This document shows, piece after piece, positions 34,501 to 42,950 of a stretch of DNA of 57,789 bases. Source of the stretch: a virus (lineage: Duplodnaviria > Caudoviricetes). The stretch spans positions 1 to 57,789 of IMG/VR virus record IMGVR_UViG_3300044617_001276; one strand, 5' to 3'. Below the pieces are notes generated by a model. That model did not search any database, was not told the DNA's origin, and worked only from the letters and a program-made list of their open reading frames with translations. The first letter of the stretch is position 1. The number at the start of each line of letters is the position of its first letter. Made by a program: the position numbers and the translations under genes.

Positions 34501-35122
34501 AATCCGCGCATGGCCGGAGGAAAAGAAACTCGCCGAACTTGAATATATGGCCAACACCATTCCCAGCTCTTGGGAGTTCGTTGACTACGTATTCATGATT
34601 GAAGGCGTCAGCCGCGCGTTCACTCATCAGTTCGTGAGATCACGTCAAGGTTCGTACGCGCAGCAAACGATGCGTGTGCTCAACATGGGCGAATATGATT
34701 ACGTCTACACCGACAGGATTCTCGCTGACGTGCAGAAGCTCGGTTTGGTCGACATCATCAATGAGAACATTCGGCTCTGTTACAGCAAGCTGATTGAGCT
34801 CGGGTTGCCTGCGGAAGATGCACGCGGCATCTTGCCGACAAACATCGCCACCAACATCGTCGCCAAGTTCAACTTGCGCGCCTTTGTCGACCTCGCCAAG
34901 AGTCGCACCGGTGGACGCACACAAAACGAATACCAGAAGGTCATGAACGCCATGGTCGACGAAGTATTGAAAGTGCACCCATGGGCTGAGAAGTTCTTGT
35001 TCCAAGCCGGGCGAGATTACTTCGCGGAGATCGAAGCGTTCGCCGAGCGCGAATATGGCGGCAACTTGCTCAAGAAAGGCGAGCTGCTTAAGATTGTTGA
35101 CAAGATGCGCAAGGGTGGCTGA
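34403..35122 (+). CDS. thyX: Divergent flavin-dependent thymidylate synthase (ThyX family)
   Basis: IEGVSRAFTHQFVRSRQGSYAQQTMR and EDARGILP...T......NLR......SR....Q.E. The signature is non-canonical (see findings). Confidence 0.85.
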   Translation: MKVTLISTTPEAKELLIFTKSTRLTMSPGLMDEIRAWPEEKKLAELEYMANTIPSSWEFVDYVFMIEGVSRAFTHQFVRSRQGSYAQQTMRVLNMGEYDYVYTDRILADVQKLGLVDIINENIRLCYSKLIELGLPAEDARGILPTNIATNIVAKFNLRAFVDLAKSRTGGRTQNEYQKVMNAMVDEVLKVHPWAEKFLFQAGRDYFAEIEAFAEREYGGNLLKKGELLKIVDKMRKGG

Positions 35123-35123
35123 C

Positions 35124-35486
35124 ATGACCCGGATCAATTGTGTCCCACCCGAGGAACTCTCCAGAGAGCACCTGCTGGCTGAATATCGTGAGTTGCCGCG
35201 CGTTTTTAACTTGGCTGCCAAGGCCTACTCATCGGGCCGTAAAATAAAAGCGCCTGAGCGTTATACGCTGGGCACAGGTCACGTCAAGTTCTTTTACCAG
35301 CGGCTCGGCTGGTGCTTGGATCGGTTCTTGGCGCTGCGGCTCGAGATGTTGGTGCGCGGCTACAAACCCAACTACGCCCAGCCACCAACGGTGGAGTTGC
35401 CGCCAGAATGGTGGGGCAACTGGGAACCTGACGCAGCCGCAATGCAACTCAATCGCGAACGAATCTTAGAAAGGAAAACATCATGA
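35124..35486 (+). CDS. denV: Pyrimidine-dimer DNA glycosylase (T4 endonuclease V family)
   Basis: MTRIN......L...HL.AEYRELPRVF with Thr2, Arg22, Glu23 and Arg26 conserved, plus YTLGTGHVKFFY. Confidence 0.93.
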   Translation: MTRINCVPPEELSREHLLAEYRELPRVFNLAAKAYSSGRKIKAPERYTLGTGHVKFFYQRLGWCLDRFLALRLEMLVRGYKPNYAQPPTVELPPEWWGNWEPDAAAMQLNRERILERKTS

Positions 35487-35968
35487 GCCGGTTCATCATT
35501 GTAGACTTAGACAACTGTATCGCAGACGATGCTTGGCGCATCCCGCACATAAATTGGCAAAAGAGTGACCCCATGGAACGGTACCACGACTACCATTCGC
35601 TCAGTGGGTTCGACGATGTCGGCAACATGATTATATTCGAGCGCCATTATGACGCTGTGCCGATTATCTTCACTGCGCGGCCTGTGCGCTACAGCGCCGT
35701 GACCAAGGAATGGTTGCGCCGCAACGAGATACCTTATGAATACCTTGTCATGCGCAATGACAACGACAATCGTCATTCGTTGGACTTGAAGCGCACCATG
35801 CTCAACTGGCTGCCGCACATCTATGGTGTGCCGACAGAAGACATCGTCGCAGCGTATGACGACAGACCTGACGTGGTAGAGATGTACATCCGCGCAGGGA
35901 TAAAAGCCGAGCAGCGCGCAATCCACAATGTTTGCGCTTACACAAAACCAACCAAGGAGACCGCATGA
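35483..35968 (+). CDS. HAD-superfamily phosphatase (PNKP phosphatase/nucleotidase-like)
   Basis: Motif I VDLDNC, motif II FTAR, motif III K, motif IV YDDR. Confidence 0.85.
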   Translation: MSRFIIVDLDNCIADDAWRIPHINWQKSDPMERYHDYHSLSGFDDVGNMIIFERHYDAVPIIFTARPVRYSAVTKEWLRRNEIPYEYLVMRNDNDNRHSLDLKRTMLNWLPHIYGVPTEDIVAAYDDRPDVVEMYIRAGIKAEQRAIHNVCAYTKPTKETA

Positions 35969-36252
35969 CAACAGCAGCAGACATCCTGGCCGAAATGGCC
36001 GACACCTACCGTGAGCGCAACAAGGTCTACGGTGACAACTACAAGCGTGTCGGTGCCGTCATGGCGGCAATGTTCCCGAACGGTGTCGACTTGTTCACCG
36101 AGGAAGACTACAACGTCTGGCACCTTTTTGAGTTGATGGTCGTGAAGCTCACCCGGTTCGCCAACAGCGGCCTGACGCACGAAGACTCGATCCATGACGC
36201 TGCAGTTTACGCCGCCATGGTCGAATCATTGATCAGAAAGGAAAAACAATGA
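35965..36252 (+). CDS. DUF6378-like all-alpha protein (MazG/nucleotide pyrophosphohydrolase-related)
   Basis: ER.KVYGDNY...KLTRF.....HEDSIHDAAVYAAM. Confidence 0.7.
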   Translation: MTTAADILAEMADTYRERNKVYGDNYKRVGAVMAAMFPNGVDLFTEEDYNVWHLFELMVVKLTRFANSGLTHEDSIHDAAVYAAMVESLIRKEKQ

Positions 36253-36926
36253 GCAAGATTTTGGTGACCGGCTCTGGGGCCGGGCTCGGCAAGCTCGTCG
36301 TTGCAGCGTTGCGCCGCGATGGGCATGACGTAATTGGTTTCGACCGCAAGAACGGCAATGACGTGGTCGACCCGCAGGAAACATTTGGTGACTGCCCGGC
36401 GTTGGACATCCTCATCAACTGCGCGGGGATAAACGTCACAGGTTGGTTGGAGGATTTCCCTGAGGAAAGCTGGGATGACGTGATGAACATAAACGCCAAG
36501 GGCATCTTCCGCATGACGCAGTGGGCGCTACCGGCGTTGGTGAAGTCGAAAGGTACCGTGCTGAACATTGTGAGCAATGCGTCGCACATGCCAATGACGA
36601 CGTCTCTTGCCTACAACGCCTCCAAAGGGGCCGCGCACATCATGACGTTGCAGCTGGCCCGTGAGTTAAGCAAGCGGCACGGCATCACCGTCTTCGGCAT
36701 CAGCCCCAACAAGCTCAAGGGTACCGAAATGTCCAAAGACATCGAGGAACAAGTGATTAAGCATCGCGGCTGGACGCGCGAATATGCAGAGCAATACCAA
36801 ATCAATGCGTTGCTCGCAGGTGAGGAAACAGACCCAGCACAGCTCGCTGAGTTCATTGCTTTCCTTCTTTCAACCAAGCCGCGTCACAAGTTCCTGACCG
36901 GCTGCATTCTTCCTTATGGAGCTTGA
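36249..36926 (+). CDS. Short-chain dehydrogenase/reductase
   Basis: TGSGAGLG, NCAG, catalytic S (IVSNAS) and YNASK. Confidence 0.92.
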   Translation: MSKILVTGSGAGLGKLVVAALRRDGHDVIGFDRKNGNDVVDPQETFGDCPALDILINCAGINVTGWLEDFPEESWDDVMNINAKGIFRMTQWALPALVKSKGTVLNIVSNASHMPMTTSLAYNASKGAAHIMTLQLARELSKRHGITVFGISPNKLKGTEMSKDIEEQVIKHRGWTREYAEQYQINALLAGEETDPAQLAEFIAFLLSTKPRHKFLTGCILPYGA

Positions 36927-36927
36927 T

Positions 36928-37197
36928 ATGAAAAAGCTACTCATTTTCGCCGCGCTGTTCTTGACAGCTTGTTCCAGCCCACCGCAGCGCAAGTCTTGGG
37001 AGCAGACATTGATCGTCGAGCCGCACGTTTATGGCCTGTCACGCGGCCAAGTCATCAGCGCCATTTTAGATTGTGAAGAGACCGGAACACGGCCCGTCAT
37101 GATCTACGCAACCCGCACCATCAACGGTCATCCGACCGAGATCGTCACCGAAGTTTCTTGTGCACCAATGCGCCGTCATTACCATCGTAAATTCTGA
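36928..37197 (+). CDS. Small lipoprotein
   Basis: MKKLLIFAALFLTA-C lipobox. Confidence 0.7.
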   Translation: MKKLLIFAALFLTACSSPPQRKSWEQTLIVEPHVYGLSRGQVISAILDCEETGTRPVMIYATRTINGHPTEIVTEVSCAPMRRHYHRKF

Positions 37198-37207
37198 AAG
37201 GGAAATA

Positions 37208-37687
37208 ATGAAATTCTTCATTGAACAAATTGCAATCTGTCCCACCGATCCAGTCAAGGCGAAAAGTTTATTGACTGACTTGGGGTTGGATGAGTGGGTG
37301 GAAGACCATGTGGTGGCTGACGGGCGCGTGTTCGGATTGTCTGGCACCAATGAGGCCAACTTGTCCTTCAACTATCAAAACACTCGTCCGGGCGACAAGC
37401 CGCTGGAGCTGGAGATTCTGAACTACACAACCGGCCCCAACTGGATGTCAGGGCGGCAACCGACCGTCTCCCACATCGGCATGCACTGCACCGAGGAAGA
37501 GCTGGAGCGGTTCCGTCAGAAGCTCAACACCATGGGCATCAAGGTTGCGCAAGAAGTTTTCACGCGCAGCCACACCAATCAATTTCTGATTGAACAAAAG
37601 CGCAAGTACCATTACGTAATCTTCGACACGCGCGCCATCTTGGGCGTGGACCTGAAGTTCATCGTGCGTCGGGAGAATGCGGCGTGA
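37208..37687 (+). CDS. VOC/glyoxalase-fold enzyme (methylmalonyl-CoA epimerase-like)
   Basis: IEQIAI, ELEIL.Y..GPNW, VSHIGMH and Y.YVIFDTR..LG..LKFI. Confidence 0.7.
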   Translation: MKFFIEQIAICPTDPVKAKSLLTDLGLDEWVEDHVVADGRVFGLSGTNEANLSFNYQNTRPGDKPLELEILNYTTGPNWMSGRQPTVSHIGMHCTEEELERFRQKLNTMGIKVAQEVFTRSHTNQFLIEQKRKYHYVIFDTRAILGVDLKFIVRRENAA

Positions 37688-38241
37688 GCAAATTTGTCCT
37701 CGTATTCGACACAGAAACAACCGGGTTGACGTTGCACCCGGAAGCGCCGCTCGCCAAGCAACCGAAAATCATCGAGCTTGGCGCGGCATTGTTGAATGAG
37801 CGCGGCGAAGTTGTTGAGACACTCTCTCAACTCTTGCACCCCGGCGAGGACATCACGGACGAGATCACTCGGATCACCGGCATCACCAATGGGGATCTCG
37901 TCGGTGCACCAACATTCAAGGATGCGTTGCCGCAAATGCGACACATCTTTGAGCAAGCATTCGCTGTGTTCGCGCACAACTTGCCGTTCGACAGAGCCAT
38001 GATCCGTAATGACTTGGCCCGGATTGATTGTCTGGACTTCCCGTGGCCTGCGCAAGAATATTGCACCGTCGGGTTGCACAAAGATCAATGGGGCCGCAAT
38101 CCGAAGTTGACAGAGCTTTATGAGTTCACACTGAACAAGCCGCTGCCACAAACCCACCGGGCGCTGGACGACGTCATGGCGCTGGTGGAAGTGGTTGTCG
38201 CCTTGGAGTTGCACACGATGGCATTTGAGGAGCGCGCATGA
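37684..38241 (+). CDS. dnaQ: DEDDh 3'-5' exonuclease (DnaQ/epsilon-like)
   Basis: VFDTETTG, AHNLPFD and HRALDD. Confidence 0.9.
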   Translation: MSKFVLVFDTETTGLTLHPEAPLAKQPKIIELGAALLNERGEVVETLSQLLHPGEDITDEITRITGITNGDLVGAPTFKDALPQMRHIFEQAFAVFAHNLPFDRAMIRNDLARIDCLDFPWPAQEYCTVGLHKDQWGRNPKLTELYEFTLNKPLPQTHRALDDVMALVEVVVALELHTMAFEERA

Positions 38242-41069
38242 CCTTACCACAGCTGCGTTGCCGCACTGAGTTCAGTTTCCGGCAAGCATTCGGCCCTGTT
38301 CCGCGTGTTGCCGCTGCGGTGAAGGCGCTCGGCGCGCCAGCGGCAGGCATCGTAGACGGCGGCACATGGGGTCATGTCCGTTGGGCCAAAGCTGCAGCCG
38401 CGCAAGGGTTCAAGCCGCTGTTCGGCACGGAGTTTTCCGTCACGCTGCCAGACGGGCGCAAGCCGCAAGCATGGGCGCTGGCCGAGGACACGCGCGCATT
38501 TTATCGTTGGAGCACGGCGCTCCGACAAAAAGATGCTGACTCTGTCGCGCTGCTGCGCGAGAGCAAAGGTGTTATACGCTTCGCTGGCGCGGCGCTCACC
38601 GACCCTGATACGTTTGATTATGTTGACCTGAACCCGGCTTCTCCTATTGCACAGAGAGTTTCATTGGCGCTTGCACGCAACACAGGAAAACCCCTAGTCC
38701 TGAGCAGCGCCAACTTTTATCCTCAACCAAGCGACTACGCAGCATTCATGTCGATTGGTGGCCGCGAGGCGACAACGCCGCAGCACATCCTCTCCGATCA
38801 GGAGTTGCGCGCGGCGCTGAAAATCCTGGACGATGACGCTTGGGAGCGAGCGGTACGCAACACCCACGAAGTCGCCGAGCGGTGTGCCGGGGCATTGCCC
38901 ACCGCGCCCATCATCCATGTGGACGGTGACTTGCGTGCACTGGCCGAGGAAGGGCGACAGCGTCGACTCAAGCTCGGTCACTTGCCTGCTTGGCCGCAGG
39001 AATATGAAGACCGGTTGCAACGTGAATTGACAGCCATTGAGCAGAAGAATTTCGAGAGCTACTTCATTGTGGTGGCAGACTTAATCGCTTGGGCCAAGGA
39101 GCGCATGCTGGTGGGGCCGGGGCGCGGCTCGTCAGCCGGGTCACTGCTTTGTTACTTGTTGGGCATCACGGAAGTTGATCCAATCCCGCACGGACTGTTG
39201 TTTGAGCGCTTCATTGACCTGACGCGCAAGGATTTGCCCGACATCGACATCGACTTTTCCGACACCAAGCGCGACCAGTGTTTCGACTACCTTGCTGAGA
39301 AATACGGGCGGCAATGTGTGGCGCGCATCGGCAACGTGAACACCCTGAAGCCGCGCAGCGTGATGGCCGAGGTCTGCAAGCGGTTCGGCATCCCTGACAA
39401 AGAGCGGTTCGACCTGCTCAACGTATTGATTGAATATTCTTCTGGAGACTCACGTTATGGAAAAGGGCTCGAAGACACCCTCAACAACACCGACATCGGG
39501 CGGCGTTTCATGGAACGCAATCCAAAGGCGGTGGTTATGTCCGAAGTGGAAAATCATGCATGGCACACTGGTGTACACGCCGCAGGAGTCATCGTTTGTA
39601 ATGTTCCGGTGGACGAATACTGCACGGTTGGAGCGGATGGTGTGGCGCACATCGACAAGCCTGACAGTGAATACCTGAACCTACTCAAGATTGACGCGCT
39701 GGGGCTGCGCACGTTGGGCGTCATCGAGGACAGCGGCGTCACCAACGCCGACGAACTCTACGCATTGAAGCTCGACGACCCAAAGGTGCTCGACATATTC
39801 AACCAGCGCAAATACACCGGCATATTCCAGTTCGAAGGACAAAGCCAGCGGTCAATCTCCGCGCAGGTCTTGGTGGATAGTTTCCGTACGGTTGACCACT
39901 TGACGGCGTTGGCCAGACCGGGGCCGCTCGGCGGCGGCGCGACAGGCAAATACATCGCACGCAAGGCCGGTGTTGAGTCAGTGACTTACACTCACCCGGC
40001 GTTGGAAGAGCTGCTGGCCGACACTTACGGTGTGGTGCTCTATCAAGAGCAAGTGATGCGCATCGTGCGCGACATCGGCAAGTTCTCGTGGGACGAAACA
40101 ACCGTCATCCGCAAGGCGATGTCAGGCCGCAAGGGCAAAGAATATTTCGACCAGCAAGGAGAAAAGTTCATCGCTGGCGCGGCGCAAGACAACATTGATG
40201 AGAGAACCGCCAAAGACATTTGGAACGAGATCTGTAACTTCGGCGCTTGGGGCATGAACAAGAGTCACACCTGTGCGTACGCGGTGATCAGTTATTGGTG
40301 CGCATGGATGAAGGCGTACCACCCGCTGGAATACGCAGCAGCGTGCTTGCGCTCGGCCAAGGACGACGACCAGACCATGGAGATCCTGCGTGAGATGGCG
40401 CGCGAAGGCGTCAACTACGTTGCATTCGACCCTGAACTCTCTGACGTCAATTGGTCTGTGCAAGACGGCAAGTTGGTGGGCGGCTACATGAACCTTGTCG
40501 GGTTCGGCCCAGCCAAAGCAGTCGCCGCAGTGGAAGCGCGGCGGCTCGGCAAGGTTGACGACAAACTGCAAAAACGCATCGCTGAAGCGCACATCAAGTT
40601 CAATGATCTCTACCCAATCAGCCACAACTACGCTGCTTGGTATGCTGACCCGGTGGCGCATGGGTGTCGCATTGGGTCTGTGATTTATACGGCTGACAAG
40701 TTGCCTGACGGCGCTGACGTTTTGTTCATCGGCAAAATTGCCAAGAAAGAACTGCGTGACGAAAATGAAACAGTCCGGGTCGCGCGGCGTGATGGACGCA
40801 AGCTCTCAGGACAGACATTGTTCGCTGACTTTTTCTTGAAGGACGACACAGGCATCCCGATCATTTGCCGCATTGACCGGTTCAAGTATGAGCCGCTGGG
40901 CCGTGTCGCTATGGAGCGGTTGGTGGCTGAACAGGATGTGTTGCTCGTGCGCGGCAGGAAGATTCCAGGATTCGGCATGATAAAGGTCGAACGTGTCAAG
41001 GTATTGAATCGTGAGGAGGCATTGAGTGAGTCGACGCCCGGAACAACGCTTGTGGGACAGGCTGCGTAA
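38238..41069 (+). CDS. dnaE: Family C DNA polymerase (Pol III alpha, DnaE-like)
   Basis: Degenerate PHP domain, then GPGRGSSAGSL, PDIDIDF, HAAGV, KIDALGL, RPGP, YQEQVM and NKSH..AY. Confidence 0.95.
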   Translation: MTLPQLRCRTEFSFRQAFGPVPRVAAAVKALGAPAAGIVDGGTWGHVRWAKAAAAQGFKPLFGTEFSVTLPDGRKPQAWALAEDTRAFYRWSTALRQKDADSVALLRESKGVIRFAGAALTDPDTFDYVDLNPASPIAQRVSLALARNTGKPLVLSSANFYPQPSDYAAFMSIGGREATTPQHILSDQELRAALKILDDDAWERAVRNTHEVAERCAGALPTAPIIHVDGDLRALAEEGRQRRLKLGHLPAWPQEYEDRLQRELTAIEQKNFESYFIVVADLIAWAKERMLVGPGRGSSAGSLLCYLLGITEVDPIPHGLLFERFIDLTRKDLPDIDIDFSDTKRDQCFDYLAEKYGRQCVARIGNVNTLKPRSVMAEVCKRFGIPDKERFDLLNVLIEYSSGDSRYGKGLEDTLNNTDIGRRFMERNPKAVVMSEVENHAWHTGVHAAGVIVCNVPVDEYCTVGADGVAHIDKPDSEYLNLLKIDALGLRTLGVIEDSGVTNADELYALKLDDPKVLDIFNQRKYTGIFQFEGQSQRSISAQVLVDSFRTVDHLTALARPGPLGGGATGKYIARKAGVESVTYTHPALEELLADTYGVVLYQEQVMRIVRDIGKFSWDETTVIRKAMSGRKGKEYFDQQGEKFIAGAAQDNIDERTAKDIWNEICNFGAWGMNKSHTCAYAVISYWCAWMKAYHPLEYAAACLRSAKDDDQTMEILREMAREGVNYVAFDPELSDVNWSVQDGKLVGGYMNLVGFGPAKAVAAVEARRLGKVDDKLQKRIAEAHIKFNDLYPISHNYAAWYADPVAHGCRIGSVIYTADKLPDGADVLFIGKIAKKELRDENETVRVARRDGRKLSGQTLFADFFLKDDTGIPIICRIDRFKYEPLGRVAMERLVAEQDVLLVRGRKIPGFGMIKVERVKVLNREEALSESTPGTTLVGQAA

Positions 41070-41448
41070 AGCTGCTGCCGGTCGCGTATATACCGAACGG
41101 ATCGAAAATTTGGTAGGCGTCGGTCGGCCTGACGTCGACACGCTGGTGAAGGGAAGCTTCATCCCGATCGAGTTGAAATATGTGGCGCAGTGGCCAACAC
41201 GGACAACGTCCAAGGTGCTCGGCAAAGACGGTTTGTCGCAAGCACAAAAGAATTGGCACTTGAACTGGCGCAACTGGGGCGGCATCTCGCTCATTGTTGT
41301 TGGCGTGGGAGATGAGGTGTTTGTGTTCAGCGGCGCGACCGCTGACCACGTCAACGAATACAACACAGCCGAGTTCAGGTCAGCGGCGATGTTGATTGGG
41401 TTGAACAACATCGTTGACATGCTGGTGAATTTAGGAGAACGCAAATGA
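41026..41448 (+). CDS. PD-(D/E)xK nuclease (VRR-NUC/resolvase-like)
   Basis: E..LW...RIEN....GRPDV......IELK...QKNWH, upstream of the SNF2 helicase. Confidence 0.8.
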   Translation: MSRRPEQRLWDRLRKAAAGRVYTERIENLVGVGRPDVDTLVKGSFIPIELKYVAQWPTRTTSKVLGKDGLSQAQKNWHLNWRNWGGISLIVVGVGDEVFVFSGATADHVNEYNTAEFRSAAMLIGLNNIVDMLVNLGERK

Positions 41449-42923
41449 AAACGCAAGGCATGAAGCATCAGCTGGACGCTTTGCAGCGGATGGTTGGCCG
41501 CAAGACGTACGCTCTGTTCATGGAACAAGGCACAGGGAAAACGTGGACGTTGTTGGCTGACGCCGAGCGACTCTACGCCAAAGGAACCATCGACACCGTG
41601 TTGGTTGTCGCGCCCAACGGCGTGCATCTCAACTGGGTCAACCGCGAGATACCAACCCACATGGAAGGCAACATCATTGCGCGCGCTTGGCGCTCGGGCG
41701 CTGGTGTGCGGCATATGAAGTCGTTGGAAGAGTTGTTCAGGCCGCGCCGCGAAGGTGAATCTGTTCCGCTGCGCTTTTTGGCGGTCAACATCGACGCGCT
41801 GGTGACCAAAAAGGGCTATGAATTTTGCGAGCGATTTTTGTTGAGCGGCAACGCGCTCATCCTCCTGGACGAAAGCTCGCGCATCAAGAATCCAGACGCC
41901 GCGCGCACAAAAGCGCTCATGCGGCTGCGACGCTATTGCAAGGGTGCTCGCATCGCCTCAGGCACGCCAGTCACCAACTCGCCGGTGGACGTGTTCGCTC
42001 AGATGGAATTCCTGGAAAGTGGCTTGTTGGGCACGACCAGTTACCGCGCGTTCGTTTCCGAATACGCTGACGTGTTGCCCAACACTCACCCGCTCATGCA
42101 AAACATGGTGCGCCGCAATCCGCGCGCGGCGTTCGCCCAAATCATCGCACGCAATCCAGACGGCTCGCCCCGGTGGCGCAACCTAGACAAGTTGCAAAAG
42201 CTGCTGGAGCCGCAGTCGTTCCGTGTGTTGAAGAAGGACTGTTTGGACTTGCCGGAAAAGATTTACAAGACGATCACGTTCGAGCTCAACAGCGACCAAC
42301 AAAAAGCCTACGACAAAATGCAAGATGAGTTGCGCATTGATCTGGGCGACAACACGGAGTTGCCGGTCAGCGAGCTGGCGGCGTTGATCAAACTTCAACA
42401 AATCACGTCTGGTTACGTCAACACCCCGATGGGCGTGCGTTATGTCTCTGACGAGAATCCTCGGCTGAAAGCATTCATGGACGCGGTGGAAGACGTCGAC
42501 GGCAAGTTCATTGTTTGGGCGCGCTTCCGGGAGGAGTTGGACGCCATCCGTGACGCGCTCACCGATGCAGGCATAGCTTGCGTTCAGTACCATGGCGGCG
42601 TGAGTCGTGACGACAGGGAAGCCGCTGTCGACCAGTTCCAAAATGGCGACGTGCGCGTGTTCGTGGGCCAGCCTCAGTCTGGCGGCATTGGGTTGACGCT
42701 GACCGCTGCTGAGACAGTGTTTTACTTCAGCAACGACTTCAACCTTGAAACGCGACTTCAGTCTGAAGACCGCGCGCACCGCATCGGCACCCGCCGCAAT
42801 GTTGTTTATATCGACATCGCCGCCGAGAGCACAATAGACGAACAAATCGCGCGTAATTTGCAACGCAAAAAGCGCACAGCGGCAATAGTGCTGGGAGACG
42901 CGCCAGCGGAAATCGAAGGATAA
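41445..42923 (+). CDS. SNF2-family helicase
   Basis: MEQGTGKT, LDESSRIKN, SGTP, GGIGLTLT and QSEDRAHRIG. Confidence 0.93.
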   Translation: MKTQGMKHQLDALQRMVGRKTYALFMEQGTGKTWTLLADAERLYAKGTIDTVLVVAPNGVHLNWVNREIPTHMEGNIIARAWRSGAGVRHMKSLEELFRPRREGESVPLRFLAVNIDALVTKKGYEFCERFLLSGNALILLDESSRIKNPDAARTKALMRLRRYCKGARIASGTPVTNSPVDVFAQMEFLESGLLGTTSYRAFVSEYADVLPNTHPLMQNMVRRNPRAAFAQIIARNPDGSPRWRNLDKLQKLLEPQSFRVLKKDCLDLPEKIYKTITFELNSDQQKAYDKMQDELRIDLGDNTELPVSELAALIKLQQITSGYVNTPMGVRYVSDENPRLKAFMDAVEDVDGKFIVWARFREELDAIRDALTDAGIACVQYHGGVSRDDREAAVDQFQNGDVRVFVGQPQSGGIGLTLTAAETVFYFSNDFNLETRLQSEDRAHRIGTRRNVVYIDIAAESTIDEQIARNLQRKKRTAAIVLGDAPAEIEG

Positions 42924-42950
42924 TTAAGCTCACAAATTTAGAAAGGAAAA

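Noticed and set aside
34403-35122. Plain auxiliary thymidylate synthase annotation
   Set aside because: Not excluded, but the loss of His53, the RSR/T signature and the tailoring-enzyme neighbours make the default call unsafe.
36928-37197. Spanin or member of the modification pathway
   Set aside because: It is far from the lysis genes, no partner i-spanin is adjacent, and a lipoprotein cannot act on cytoplasmic nucleotides. It is more likely an inserted accessory gene such as an exclusion factor.
33146-38241. Known 7-deazaguanine, Z-base, hmC/hmU or dU pathways
   Set aside because: No FolE/QueD/QueE/QueC/DpdA, PurZ, ThyA-type hydroxymethylase or dCTP/dCMP deaminase was recognised.
40806-41714. 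302-aa minus-strand ORF
   Set aside because: It overlaps three well-supported plus-strand genes (dnaE, nuclease, SNF2).
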